Shown: positions 53,628 through 63,889, counted from the first letter of the stretch. The stretch is DNA of 64,000 nt from Synechococcus sp. (GCA_047284725.1 JBJBEO010000001.1:160001-224000), one strand, 5' to 3'. The notes: generated from the sequence alone by a model not told the origin. Numbers and translations: made by a program.

Positions 53628-54524
53628 TCAGAGCCCCAGGTCAGCGGCGCTGGCCAGCTGGCTGGTGAGCACGCCGCTGAGGGCGCGTTTGGCCAGGCCA
53701 CTGAGCACGTTGCCAGGGCCGATCTCCACCAAGGTGTCGACGCCGGCTCCGGTCATGGCCTCCATGGTTTCGCGCCAGCGCACACCCGTGGTCATCTGAT
53801 CGCGAAGGCGCTGTTTGATCACGCCTGCATCACAGCTGGGGGTTGGATCGGTGTTGCTCAGCACCGGCACGCGGGCATCGGCAAAGGGCACACCATCGAG
53901 ATGGCTGGAGAAGGCAGCCGCTGCTTCGGCCATGAAGGGGGAGTGGAACGCGCCTGAGACAGGCAATGGAATGGCGCGTTTGCAGGTGAGTGCCTCACTC
54001 ACGGCTTTGACAGCATCAGGGGTGCCTGAGAGCACAACCTGGGCGGCACTGTTGTCGTTGGCGATCACCACGCCTTCCTGCTCCGCAACCAGTGAATCGA
54101 GCTGATCCCTGTCAAAGCCGATCACGGCTGTCATGGCACCGCCCCCTGCGCTGGCCATCAGGGTGGAGCGACGCAACATCAGATCGAGCCCGGTGGACGC
54201 GTCAAAGACGCCGGCGGCGTAGAGCGCTACCAATTCACCCAGGCTGTGGCCTGCCACAAGGCTTGCTTCACGTCCCTGACGGCGCAGTTCATCCACGATC
54301 AACGTCTCCACCACAAAGAGGGCGGGTTGGGTGTTGCGGGTGTCATTGAGATCCGCAGGCCCTTCGCAGTCGCTGGCTTCGCCTTTGCAGATGGCCAGCA
54401 GATCGCGGCCCAGCATCGTCGAGGCGAGGGCAAAGCGTTCTTCAGCGCCCGGCAGGCTGAGCACAGGGTCGGCCATGCCGACTTTCTGAGACCCCTGACC
54501 GGGAAACACCCAGGCGATCGCCAT
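53628..54524 (-). CDS. fabD: Malonyl-CoA:ACP transacylase
   Basis: FPGQGSQ, TQPAL, GHSLGE and VSGAFHS motifs. Confidence 0.97.
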   Translation of the reverse strand: MAIAWVFPGQGSQKVGMADPVLSLPGAEERFALASTMLGRDLLAICKGEASDCEGPADLNDTRNTQPALFVVETLIVDELRRQGREASLVAGHSLGELVALYAAGVFDASTGLDLMLRRSTLMASAGGGAMTAVIGFDRDQLDSLVAEQEGVVIANDNSAAQVVLSGTPDAVKAVSEALTCKRAIPLPVSGAFHSPFMAEAAAAFSSHLDGVPFADARVPVLSNTDPTPSCDAGVIKQRLRDQMTTGVRWRETMEAMTGAGVDTLVEIGPGNVLSGLAKRALSGVLTSQLASAADLGL

Positions 54525-54551
54525 GGAAAAGCGTGCGGTTGTGGGGGGAGC

Positions 54552-55586
54552 CTACGAGGGGCCCCGCCAACGCAACAGCGCTGCTCCCCAGCTCAGACCT
54601 GCGCCAAAGCCACTGCTGGCCACCAGGTGCCCCGGTTGGAGACGGCCATCCCGCACCGCTTCATCGAGCATCAGGGGAATGGTGGCGGCGGAGGTGTTGC
54701 CGTAGTGGGCGAGATTGCTCAGAACCTTGGCGTGGGGAATGGCAAAGCGGTCTGCAACCGCATCGAGGATGCGCTGGTTGGCCTGATGCAGCAGCAGCCA
54801 ATCCAGTTGGTCGGCTGAGGTGTTGGCGGCGTTGAGCAGTGTTTTGAGAATCGCCGGCACTTCCCGCACGGCGAACTTGTAGACCTCCTGCCCGATCATC
54901 TGGATGGGGTCGTAATGACCTCTCTGCACGCTGCTCCCATCCAGCAGTGGGGCACGGTCACCGGTGAGAGGCACATTCAGGCAGGCCCCGCGGTTGCCAT
55001 CGCTGCGCATCTGGAAGCCCAGCAGGCCGTCATCGTCAACGGAGCAGGCTTCGAGCAGCACAGCACCAGCCGCATCACCGAAGAGCACACAGCTGCGGCG
55101 ATCGTCCCAATCGACCCAGCTGCTCAGTTGATCGGCTCCGATCACCATCACCCGGCGCATCGCTCCGGTGCGCAGGAACTGGGAGGCGGTGACCAAGGCA
55201 AACAGAAAGCCGCTGCAGGCAGCGGTGAGATCAAAGGCCACGGCGTTGCTGGCGCCGAGCTGGGCTTGCACCTTGGGCGCTGAGCCGAACAGATCATCGG
55301 GGGTGGAGGTGGCCAGCAACACCAGATCAAGGCTGTCGGCCTCCCATCCCGCCATCGCCAGGGCTTGCCGGCCTGCCTCAGCACCGAGGTTCGACAGCGA
55401 CTGGTCAGGTCCGCAGATGTGTCGCGTCCGGATTCCGGTGCGTGTCCGGATCCACTCGTCGCTGGTCTCAACCCGCTGCCCCAGTTGATCATTGCTGATC
55501 TGCTGGTGGCCGCGGGCACTGCCGCTGGCCACCAGGGCCACGCCGCCGGAGCTACCGGAGAGTGGGTTGGAGGCGGCCAAGGGCAA
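54552..55586 (-). CDS. fabH: Beta-ketoacyl-ACP synthase III
   Basis: WIRTRTGI, AACSGF, HQANQRI and GNTSAA motifs. Start uncertain (TTG 55586 or GTG 55541). Confidence 0.95.
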   Translation of the reverse strand: MPLAASNPLSGSSGGVALVASGSARGHQQISNDQLGQRVETSDEWIRTRTGIRTRHICGPDQSLSNLGAEAGRQALAMAGWEADSLDLVLLATSTPDDLFGSAPKVQAQLGASNAVAFDLTAACSGFLFALVTASQFLRTGAMRRVMVIGADQLSSWVDWDDRRSCVLFGDAAGAVLLEACSVDDDGLLGFQMRSDGNRGACLNVPLTGDRAPLLDGSSVQRGHYDPIQMIGQEVYKFAVREVPAILKTLLNAANTSADQLDWLLLHQANQRILDAVADRFAIPHAKVLSNLAHYGNTSAATIPLMLDEAVRDGRLQPGHLVASSGFGAGLSWGAALLRWRGPS

Positions 55587-55644
55587 CGTCGAGGAAGTGG
55601 CGTCAGTCAACCACAGCTTTGGGGCAGCGGTGGCACGGGGGGCT

Positions 55645-56994
55645 TCAGTTGCCGGCTGCTGCCACACCCGCGGGTGCATTGCCGAGTTCCGCCAGATCGT
55701 CCATCACGCCATGGCTGGCGGCGGAATGGGCCAGCCTCAAGGCACTGAGCACCGAGAGAGCGCGGCTGCTGCCGTGGCCGATGACACAGATGCCATTCAC
55801 CCCCAACAGAAGTGCTCCACCGTGTTCGGCGTGGTCGAGGCGTTTCTTGATCCGCTTCAGGTTGCTCATCAGGAAGGCTGAACCCACCTTTCCCCGGCGT
55901 CCGCGCGGTAGTTCCATCTTCAGCACGCCGAGCAGCACGCTGCCCACCGATTCCAGGAACTTGAGCAATACGTTGCCGGTGAAGCCGTCGCAGACCACCA
56001 CGTCAAATTCACCGGACAGTACGTCTCTGCCTTCGCAGTTGCCGGCGAAGGACAGGCGGGATTCATCCTTCAGCAACGCGTAGGTTTTCAGCGCTAGGTC
56101 GTTGCCTTTGCACTCTTCCTCGCCGATGTTGAGCAGTCCCACCCGGGGTGTGGCGACCTGGAGCACATCGCGGCTGTAGATGTTCCCCAACAGGGCGAAC
56201 TGGTGCAGGTAGGACGGCTTGCAATCCATGTTGGCTCCCACATCCAGGACAAGCACGGGTTGACCTGGGTCTTTGGTGGGGAACAGAGCGCCGATGGCGG
56301 GTCGCTCGATGCCCTTCAGGCGCCCGAGCCGGAAGATGGCGGAGGCCATCACCGCACCGGAGTTGCCTGCGGAGTACACCGCAAGCGCTTCCCCGCTTTT
56401 CACGAGATCCATCGCCACGTTGATGCTGGCATCGCGTTTGCGCCGCACCACCGTCGCTTCCTCATGCATTTCCACCGAGGGCCCACTGGCCACGAGGTCG
56501 AGATGACCGGCCTTGATGGCGGACTCGAGGGCTTCGCCGAGCTCCATGGCCTCGGCAGCTGCACGCACGCGGTCGGTCTCCCCAACGAAGCGGATACGCA
56601 GGGGAAGCCGGGCAATGGCCTCGAGGCATCCTTCCAGGATCGGCCCCGGGGCATGGTCTCCACCCATGCCATCCACGGCCACCCAGAGGCGTTCGCTGTC
56701 GTGAATCTCGATGTCGCCATCTCCGTTCCCACCCTGCAGGCGTCTCAGTGGGTCAAAGACGAGGGGCTGCAGCACGCTGCCTGCACCGGCCACCACACTG
56801 CCCGCGACTGAGCCGGCCACAGACCCAGCTGCGTTGGCTGACGTGGTGGCCGTGTCAACAAGGGTGGTGACGGCGGCATTGCGCCTGTACCAGATCACCA
56901 AACGACGAACAGCCTTGGAGCGAAGAGGCTTCATCCGTGTGGATGAGGAATCCATAGAGGGCGTCGCGGCGGAATCAGGATCCTTCGGAGGCAA
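55645..56994 (-). CDS. plsX: Phosphate acyltransferase PlsX with N-terminal extension
   Basis: AVDGMGGD, SAGNSGA, LDVGAN, NIGEE and DGFTGN motifs. Confidence 0.95.
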   Translation of the reverse strand: MPPKDPDSAATPSMDSSSTRMKPLRSKAVRRLVIWYRRNAAVTTLVDTATTSANAAGSVAGSVAGSVVAGAGSVLQPLVFDPLRRLQGGNGDGDIEIHDSERLWVAVDGMGGDHAPGPILEGCLEAIARLPLRIRFVGETDRVRAAAEAMELGEALESAIKAGHLDLVASGPSVEMHEEATVVRRKRDASINVAMDLVKSGEALAVYSAGNSGAVMASAIFRLGRLKGIERPAIGALFPTKDPGQPVLVLDVGANMDCKPSYLHQFALLGNIYSRDVLQVATPRVGLLNIGEEECKGNDLALKTYALLKDESRLSFAGNCEGRDVLSGEFDVVVCDGFTGNVLLKFLESVGSVLLGVLKMELPRGRRGKVGSAFLMSNLKRIKKRLDHAEHGGALLLGVNGICVIGHGSSRALSVLSALRLAHSAASHGVMDDLAELGNAPAGVAAAGN

Positions 56995-57721
56995 CGGAAT
57001 CAACGATGCGCTGGAACAGATAGCCGGTGCCTCGAGCCGTGAGAATCAGCTCGGGGTTCGCCGGATCATCTTCCAGTTTGGAGCGAAGCCGGGAGATATG
57101 AACATCCACCACCCGGGTGTCCACATGCCTCTCTGGGGTGTAGCCCCAAACTTCCTTGAGGATCTCACCGCGGCTGAAGGGTTCACCTGACCGGCTCACC
57201 AGCAGTTCCAGCAAGCTGAATTCCATCCCCGTCAGTCGGATGCGCTCATTGGCGCGGAACACCTGGCGCTTGTTGGTGTCGATGCGGAGATCGGAGACCT
57301 GGATCACCCCGGAGTTGGGAATGCCGGCGACCTGTTCCTTCTCAACCCGCCGCAGCACACAGCGGATACGGGCTTCCAGCTCCTTGGGGCTGAACGGTTT
57401 GACCACATAGTCATCGGCGCCGAGTTCCAGCCCGGTAATGCGGTCGGCGACATCACCGAGGGCCGTCAGCATCACAATCGGCACATCCGATTCCTTGCGC
57501 AGCTCCTGGCAGACGCCGTAGCCATCCAGCTTCGGCATCATCACGTCGAGCACCACAAGGTCAGGCTCGTGATCGCGGAAACAAGCCAGGGCTTCGTTGC
57601 CGTCGCAGGCGGTGAGCACGTTGTACCCGATCATCGACAGCCTTGTCTCCAGAATCCGACGGATGCTGGCCTCGTCATCGACAACGAGGATGGTTTCCTT
57701 GGCAGGACTGGAGACTGTCAT
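56975..57721 (-). CDS. rpaB: OmpR-family response regulator RpaB (Ycf27)
   Basis: VVDDEASIRRILETRLSMIGY...WGYTPERHVDTRVVDVHISRLR...TARGTGY. Confidence 0.96.
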   Translation of the reverse strand: MTVSSPAKETILVVDDEASIRRILETRLSMIGYNVLTACDGNEALACFRDHEPDLVVLDVMMPKLDGYGVCQELRKESDVPIVMLTALGDVADRITGLELGADDYVVKPFSPKELEARIRCVLRRVEKEQVAGIPNSGVIQVSDLRIDTNKRQVFRANERIRLTGMEFSLLELLVSRSGEPFSRGEILKEVWGYTPERHVDTRVVDVHISRLRSKLEDDPANPELILTARGTGYLFQRIVDSVASEGS

Positions 57722-57832
57722 CAGGCCCGCAGGCTGTACAACAACTCGTTACACCTAAAGGGTTGGTGGCCCCGCCTTTTCACTTGCCGCCAGATTTCTT
57801 CATAGTTCGACTTCTTCCCAGGCGTCCCCGCT

Positions 57833-59236
57833 GTGGCCCGTTCCGTCTCCATTTTTGTGTGCCAGAGCTGTGGGGCACAGACCCGTCAGTTCTTTGGGCG
57901 CTGCAACAGCTGTGGAAGCTGGAACTCCCTGGTGGAACAGTCGCAGCCCAGGCAAGACGGCCGTCGGCACCGTGCCGCGGCGGACCCGCAGGCGCAGCCG
58001 GTTGCGCGGCGTTCCACGGCCATGGCAGCGCTGGGGGATCAGCCGATGCAGCGTCTCGGCAGTGGCTACGACGAGCTCGACAGGGTGCTCGGTGGTGGCC
58101 TGGTGCCTGGGTCTCTGGTCCTTGTCGGCGGCGACCCCGGCATCGGCAAAAGCACCCTTCTGCTGCAGAGCGCGACGTCGATGGCCCGCCATCGCTCGGT
58201 GCTCTATGTCAGTGCAGAGGAATCGGCTCAGCAGGTGAAGCTCCGGTGGCAGCGTCTGCAAGGCAGTGGCGCCGACCTGCAGTTGCTGGCGGAAACCGAC
58301 CTGGAGCTGGTGCTGGAAGAACTGGAAGCTCTCAAACCTGATGTGGCGATCATCGACAGCATCCAGGCCTTGCATGACGCCAACCTCACCAGTGCCCCGG
58401 GATCCGTGGCCCAGGTGAGGGAATGCGCTGCGGCTCTGCAACGCCTGGCGAAACGTCAGGACACGGCTCTGTTGCTGGTGGGCCATGTCACGAAGGAAGG
58501 CGTGCTGGCGGGGCCCAAGGTGCTGGAGCATCTGGTGGATGCCGTGCTGACCTTTGAGGGAGACCGTTTCGCCAGCCATCGCCTGCTGCGGGCTGTCAAA
58601 AACCGGTTTGGCGCCACCCATGAGCTGGGGGTGTTTGAGATGCGCGGCCAGGGCCTGGCTGAGGTGGGCAATCCCAGTGAGCTCTTCCTCAGCGGAGAAC
58701 AGGCCAGTGGTGTGGCCACGATCGTGGCCTGTGAAGGCACCCGTCCTCTGGTGGTGGACCTTCAGTCGCTTGTGAGCACCACCAGCTATGCCAGCCCCCG
58801 GCGAACCGCCACAGGGATTGCGGTGAATCGTTTGCACCAGATCCTGGCAGTGCTGGAAAAGCACATGGGCCTGCCCTTGTCTCGTTACGACTGCTATCTG
58901 GCGGTGGCAGGCGGTCTTGATGTGGAGGAGCCGGCGGCGGATCTGGGGGTGGCGGCTGCGGTGGTGGCCAGTTACCGCGACCTCACGCTTCCCGCCGGCA
59001 CGGTGCTTCTGGGTGAGCTGGGCCTTGGCGGCCAGTTGCGTCCCGTGCCGCAGTTGGAGTTGCGCTTGCAGGAGGCGGCCCGCCTTGGCTTCCGGCGGGC
59101 GGTCGTTCCCCAGGGCAGCGGCATCGGCCCTGCAGCGGCGGCACTGGGCCTGGCCGTGCTGGAGGCCTCGCGGATCACCGAAGCCTTGGTGATGGCGTTG
59201 GGCGACGGCGTCGCCATGGGGCAAGACGCCTCTTGA
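57833..59236 (+). CDS. radA: DNA repair protein RadA/Sms
   Basis: C4 zinc finger, GDPGIGKST, KNRFG and a Lon-like C-terminus. Confidence 0.97.
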   Translation: MARSVSIFVCQSCGAQTRQFFGRCNSCGSWNSLVEQSQPRQDGRRHRAAADPQAQPVARRSTAMAALGDQPMQRLGSGYDELDRVLGGGLVPGSLVLVGGDPGIGKSTLLLQSATSMARHRSVLYVSAEESAQQVKLRWQRLQGSGADLQLLAETDLELVLEELEALKPDVAIIDSIQALHDANLTSAPGSVAQVRECAAALQRLAKRQDTALLLVGHVTKEGVLAGPKVLEHLVDAVLTFEGDRFASHRLLRAVKNRFGATHELGVFEMRGQGLAEVGNPSELFLSGEQASGVATIVACEGTRPLVVDLQSLVSTTSYASPRRTATGIAVNRLHQILAVLEKHMGLPLSRYDCYLAVAGGLDVEEPAADLGVAAAVVASYRDLTLPAGTVLLGELGLGGQLRPVPQLELRLQEAARLGFRRAVVPQGSGIGPAAAALGLAVLEASRITEALVMALGDGVAMGQDAS

Positions 59237-59305
59237 ATGCAGGATGGCCAGGATCTTGCGGTGGTTCAGAAGCGCAGAGCGTGCTGCGTTCCGCGACGGT
59301 TCCGC

Positions 59306-59827
59306 TCAGAAGTAGACGTCGACGTTGCTTCTCCCCGTTGATTTCAGCCAGTTCTCGATATCGAGATAGCCGCCTGGATTGAGACGCACGGCCTGTGTCC
59401 AGGCTTCAGCAGCCTGGTCAAACCATCTGTCGGCTTCGTCGCGGCGGCCGTCTTCCTCAGCAATGCGGCCTCGCTTCTCGAAGATCAGACCCATGTTTTT
59501 CAGGCATGAAGGCTGTTTCGGGTTTTCTTCGAGCGCTTTTTGATACGTCTCGATCGCCCGGTCCTCCTCACCATTACTCATGTAAATGATCGCCATGTTC
59601 TTGAGGGTCTCGCCGCGGTCGATCGGGTTCTCCTCAAGTTTCAGGCTTTCCTCGTAGTTCTCCAGGGCCTCGGCATAGTCGCCATCGTTCTGGGCCGAGA
59701 GACCGTCGCGGTAATACACATAGGCCTCTTTGGCCCGGGCGTTGATCGGAAGCAGCTTCACGATCAGATCCGCCATCACCGTGAAGCTCTTGTCGATGAA
59801 GTTGTCGTTGCGGTTGCTGCGGGGCAC
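59306..59827 (-). CDS. ycf3: Photosystem I assembly TPR protein Ycf3
   Basis: [20 protein letters not shown]...YYRDGLSAQ...NWLKSTGR. Confidence 0.96.
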   Translation of the reverse strand: MPRSNRNDNFIDKSFTVMADLIVKLLPINARAKEAYVYYRDGLSAQNDGDYAEALENYEESLKLEENPIDRGETLKNMAIIYMSNGEEDRAIETYQKALEENPKQPSCLKNMGLIFEKRGRIAEEDGRRDEADRWFDQAAEAWTQAVRLNPGGYLDIENWLKSTGRSNVDVYF

Positions 59828-59900
59828 GGCGGGCCTGCTGGAATGCACCCATCCTGAGGCACGTGGCCCTGCCTAGCGTGTTTCTGTCTCAATCCCTGCT

Positions 59901-62234
59901 GTGAGTCGTACCGCTGCCGCCGGCCCCACCACCACCGTTCTTCTGGACGTGGAGGGCATGAAATGCGGTGGTTGTGTCAGGGCTGTCGAGCGCACCCTCC
60001 TCGATCAGCCGGGGGTGCAAGAGGCCAGCGTCAATCTCGTCACCCGCAGTGCCTGGCTCTGCCTTGATGCTGGGGATGACTGTCTCGAGGGTGTGCTGCG
60101 CGCCCTCGAGACCCGTGGCTTCCCGGCCAGGCCCCGCACCGCCTCGGCCTTGGCAGGAGCAGCCCAGGATCCCGTTCGCAGCTGGGGTTGGTGGCGCCAA
60201 TGGCGCCAATTGATCGTGGCGTTGGTGCTGCTGGTGCTCTCCGTCGTGGGGCACCTGGCGGAAGGCGGCCATCTCAGCGTGCCGGTGCTGGGGGACCTTC
60301 CCTTCCATGCCGCTCTGGCCACCGTGGCGTTGGTCGGCCCTGGTCGCCCGATCCTGGTCGGCGGCTGGAAGGCGGTGCGGGCTGGGACACCGAGCATGGA
60401 CACGCTGGTGGGTCTGGGGGTGAGCAGTGCTTATCTCGCCAGCATCGTGGCCTTGGTCTGGCCCGAGGCGTCCTGGCCATGTTTTTTCAACGAGCCAGTG
60501 ATGCTGCTCGGCTTCGTCCTGTTGGGTCGTTTCCTGGAGGAGCGAGCGCGGCTGCGTACGGGCCGGGCGCTGCAGCAGCTGGCGGCATTGCAACCCAACC
60601 AGGCGCGTTTGGTGATGGCTGATGGCAGCGTGCGGGATGTGCCTGTGGAGGCTGTACGTCCAGGGGAACGCTTGCAGCTGCTGGCCGGCGATCGAATCCC
60701 GGTGGATGGGGTGGTCACCGAAGGCAGCTCGGCAGTTGATGTGTCGAGTCTCACCGGGGAGCCATTGCCGTTGGAAGCAGCACCTGGTTCGGCGCTGTCG
60801 ACGGGAAGCCTCAATCTGGAAGCCACCCTGGAGATCGAGGTGCAACGGGTGGGGGCGGAAACGGCGTTGGCCCGGATCATTGCCCTGGTGGAGCAGGCCC
60901 AGGCCCGCAAAGCCCCGATTCAGGGCCTCGCTGATCGGGTCGCTGGGATGTTCTGTTATGGCGTGATCAGCCTCTCCACCGTCACGTTTCTGTTCTGGTG
61001 GCAGGTGGGGCCGCGGTTCTGGCCTGATCTGCTCACGGCACCCATGCATGCGGCCCATCAGCATGCCGCCCACGGCCATGGTCTGCACACCCCCCTCGGA
61101 GCTGGTGCCGAGACCCCTTTGGGTCTGGCCCTGCAGCTGGCGATTGCCGTGTTGGTGATCGCCTGTCCCTGTGCCCTCGGTCTGGCCACCCCCACGGTGA
61201 TCACGGTGTCTTCGGGATTGGCGGCCCGGCAGGGGTGGCTGTTTCGGGGCGGGGATGTGATCGAACTCGCCGCGTCCCTGCATCGGGTGGTGTTCGATAA
61301 AACCGGCACCCTCACCCTGGGTCGCCCTCTGGTGTCTGAGGTGATGGTCAGTGCTGATCCTGCCCGCACCTTGCAGCTGGCGGCAAGTGTGGAACACACC
61401 AGCCGCCATCCTCTGGCCCATGCCCTGTTGCAGGAAGCGCAGCGCATGAACCTGACGCTCTTGCCGGTGACGGAGAGCCGCACGGTTCCCGGTGCCGGTG
61501 TTTGCGGACAGGTGGAGGCCGTTGAGGCGATGGTGAGAGTGGGTTCTCCTGAATGGCTGCAGCGAGAAGGCGTGGCCTGGCCACAGACCCTGCAGCAGGC
61601 CCTCGATCAGGCCACCGCCGAGGGCAAGTCAGTGATGGCTGTGGCTGTGGGGGATGAGCCTCTCGGTTTGATCAGCGTCGATGACCGCTTGCGTCCTGAT
61701 GCCTCTGTGGCGGTGCAGCGCCTTCGCGGCCAGGGGTTGGAGCTGGCCATGCTCAGTGGTGATCGCCAGCCATCGGTGCAGCGTCTGGGCGAGCAGCTCG
61801 GTTTCCAGACGCATCAATTGGCCTGGCAGTTGTTGCCGGAGCAGAAGCTGAAACGCCTCGAGACCTATCGACAGAGCGGCAACGTGGCCATGGTGGGGGA
61901 TGGCATCAACGATGCCCCGGCCCTGGCGGCGGCTGACCTCGGCATCGCTGTCGGCACTGGCACCCAGATCGCCCAAGACACAGCTGATCTGGTGCTCCTG
62001 GGTGATCGGCTCGAGGCAGTGCCGGAAGCCCTGCAGCTGGCGAAGCGCACCATGACCAAAATCCGTCAGAACCTCTACTGGGCCTTTGGTTACAACCTCC
62101 TGGCCCTGCCAGTGGCGGCAGGGGTTCTGTTGCCCGGATTCGGGGTTCTGCTGTCCCCACCCCTTGCGGCTCTACTGATGGCGGTGAGTTCGATCACTGT
62201 GGTGCTCAATGCTTTGAGCCTGCGTCTGCCATGA
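59901..62234 (+). CDS. ctaA: P1B-1 copper-transporting ATPase (CtaA/PAA1-like)
   Basis: HMA GMKCGGC, TGEP, CPCALGL, DKTGT, HP, GDGIND, YN and MxxSS motifs. Confidence 0.85.
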   Translation: MSRTAAAGPTTTVLLDVEGMKCGGCVRAVERTLLDQPGVQEASVNLVTRSAWLCLDAGDDCLEGVLRALETRGFPARPRTASALAGAAQDPVRSWGWWRQWRQLIVALVLLVLSVVGHLAEGGHLSVPVLGDLPFHAALATVALVGPGRPILVGGWKAVRAGTPSMDTLVGLGVSSAYLASIVALVWPEASWPCFFNEPVMLLGFVLLGRFLEERARLRTGRALQQLAALQPNQARLVMADGSVRDVPVEAVRPGERLQLLAGDRIPVDGVVTEGSSAVDVSSLTGEPLPLEAAPGSALSTGSLNLEATLEIEVQRVGAETALARIIALVEQAQARKAPIQGLADRVAGMFCYGVISLSTVTFLFWWQVGPRFWPDLLTAPMHAAHQHAAHGHGLHTPLGAGAETPLGLALQLAIAVLVIACPCALGLATPTVITVSSGLAARQGWLFRGGDVIELAASLHRVVFDKTGTLTLGRPLVSEVMVSADPARTLQLAASVEHTSRHPLAHALLQEAQRMNLTLLPVTESRTVPGAGVCGQVEAVEAMVRVGSPEWLQREGVAWPQTLQQALDQATAEGKSVMAVAVGDEPLGLISVDDRLRPDASVAVQRLRGQGLELAMLSGDRQPSVQRLGEQLGFQTHQLAWQLLPEQKLKRLETYRQSGNVAMVGDGINDAPALAAADLGIAVGTGTQIAQDTADLVLLGDRLEAVPEALQLAKRTMTKIRQNLYWAFGYNLLALPVAAGVLLPGFGVLLSPPLAALLMAVSSITVVLNALSLRLP

Positions 62235-62878
62235 CCCCAAGCCGTGGACGGTTTGTCGTGGTGGAAGGCATCGATGGATGCGGCAAGACCACCCAGTTGC
62301 AGGCCTTGATGCAGTGGCTTCCAGGCAGTGGCCTGATGCCCCCCGGTGCTGACCTGATCCAGACGCGGGAGCCCGGGGGCACGGCCCTCGGGCAGGCGTT
62401 GCGGCAGCTCTTGCTGCACCCCCCTGAAGCGGCGGCTCCTTGTTCAGTGGCTGAATTGCTGTTGTATGCCGCCGATCGGGCCCAGCATGTGGAACGGGTG
62501 ATTCGTCCGGCATTGGAGCGCGGCGATTGGGTGGTGAGTGATCGCTTTGCGGGATCCACCCTCGCCTACCAGGGATATGGACGCCAGCTGGATCGCACCT
62601 TGATCACGCAGCTGGAACAGATCGCCACCGGCGGATTGAAGGCTGATGCCACGGTCTGGCTGCAGCTGCCCCTGCAGCTCAGCCTGGATCGTCGGGCCAA
62701 CCAGGCCAATGACCGGATCGAAGCTGCTGGTCAGGCCTTTCTGCAGCGGGTGTGCGAAGGATTTGCGGAGCTGGCGGCGGAGCGACGCTGGTGGGCGATC
62801 GATGCAGCTCAGGCCGCACCTGCGGTGACGGCTCAGATCTGCCATCGCCTCAGCGAAGCTTTTGCCCGCAACGATTGA
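62231..62878 (+). CDS. tmk: Thymidylate kinase
   Basis: EGIDGCGKTT, REPGG and DRF.GSTLAYQG motifs. Confidence 0.96.
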   Translation: MTPSRGRFVVVEGIDGCGKTTQLQALMQWLPGSGLMPPGADLIQTREPGGTALGQALRQLLLHPPEAAAPCSVAELLLYAADRAQHVERVIRPALERGDWVVSDRFAGSTLAYQGYGRQLDRTLITQLEQIATGGLKADATVWLQLPLQLSLDRRANQANDRIEAAGQAFLQRVCEGFAELAAERRWWAIDAAQAAPAVTAQICHRLSEAFARND

Positions 62879-63852
62879 TGGAGAGGTTGTTTTCCGATCT
62901 GGTGGGCCAGACGCAGGCGGTGGCGTTGCTGGAGGCAGCCCTGGCCCGCGAGCGTGTTGCCCCGGCCTACCTGTTTGCAGGGCCCGACGGGGTGGGGCGG
63001 CGTCTGGCGGCCCTGCGCTTTCTGGAGGGAGTTCTGCAGGGAAGCCAGACGCACCGCCCAGAGCGGAGGCGTCTGGAAGCCAGGAACCATCCTGATCTGC
63101 TCTGGGTGGAACCCACCTATTCCCACCAGGGTCGCTTGATCGGCCGTTCAGAGGCTGAAGAGGCGGGAGTGAGTCAACGGACACCCCCCCAGGTGCGTCT
63201 GGAACAGATCCGCCAGGTGGGTCGTTTCTTGGCCCGTCAGCCGCTTGAGTCGCCCCGGGGGTTGGTCGTGCTCGAAGAACCTGAGGCGATGGCTGAATCC
63301 GCCGCCAATGCCCTGCTGAAAACCCTTGAGGAACCAGGCCATGGCTTGTTGATCCTGCTCTCGGCGGCACCGGATCGCTTGCTCACCACGATCCGCTCCC
63401 GCTGCCAGCAGATCACCTTTCAGCCTCTCAGCTCCAGTGAGATGGAGGTTGTGCTCCAGGGCCTGGACCCTGAGCAATCCGCCAAAGCCTCCATGGCCAT
63501 GGCGGAGCCGGAGCTGTTGGCTTTGGCGGCTGGTTCTCCGGGAGCTCTACTGAGCCATGCCGATCATTGGCAGTCTGTGCCTGAACCGTTGCGCCGTGGT
63601 CTGGTGACTCTTCCCACCAAGCCGGTGGACGCGCTCGCCCTGGCTCGGGATCTCTGTGATGCCCTCAGTGGTGAGCAGCAACTCTGGCTGATTTCATGGT
63701 TTCAACAGCATCTTTGGGTGTCCGAAGGAAACGCCCAGTCGTTGCAGCGTCTCGAACGGTTGCGTCAACATCTTCTGGCCTATGTGCAGCCACGCCTGGC
63801 GTGGGAGGTGGCCCTCCTGGATCTTCTTCAAGTCAGGGCCGACACCGGTTGA
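62878..63852 (+). CDS. holB: DNA polymerase III subunit delta'
   Basis: PAYLFAGPDGVG, HPDL, AANALLKTLEEP and TIRSRC motifs; TGATG coupling with tmk. Confidence 0.93.
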   Translation: MERLFSDLVGQTQAVALLEAALARERVAPAYLFAGPDGVGRRLAALRFLEGVLQGSQTHRPERRRLEARNHPDLLWVEPTYSHQGRLIGRSEAEEAGVSQRTPPQVRLEQIRQVGRFLARQPLESPRGLVVLEEPEAMAESAANALLKTLEEPGHGLLILLSAAPDRLLTTIRSRCQQITFQPLSSSEMEVVLQGLDPEQSAKASMAMAEPELLALAAGSPGALLSHADHWQSVPEPLRRGLVTLPTKPVDALALARDLCDALSGEQQLWLISWFQQHLWVSEGNAQSLQRLERLRQHLLAYVQPRLAWEVALLDLLQVRADTG

Positions 63853-63882
63853 TCGGCTCGGCTCGGCTCGGCTCGGCTCGGC
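63853..63882. repeat. Perfect pentanucleotide tandem repeat (TCGGC)x6
   Basis: Read directly from the sequence, starting immediately after the holB stop. Confidence 0.95.
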
Positions 63883-63889
63883 TTTGGCG

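Noticed and set aside
57735..57756. HLR1 (RpaB) site upstream of rpaB: TGTACAAC...GTTACACC
   Set aside because: The half-sites are degenerate and 13 nt apart rather than the canonical 10.
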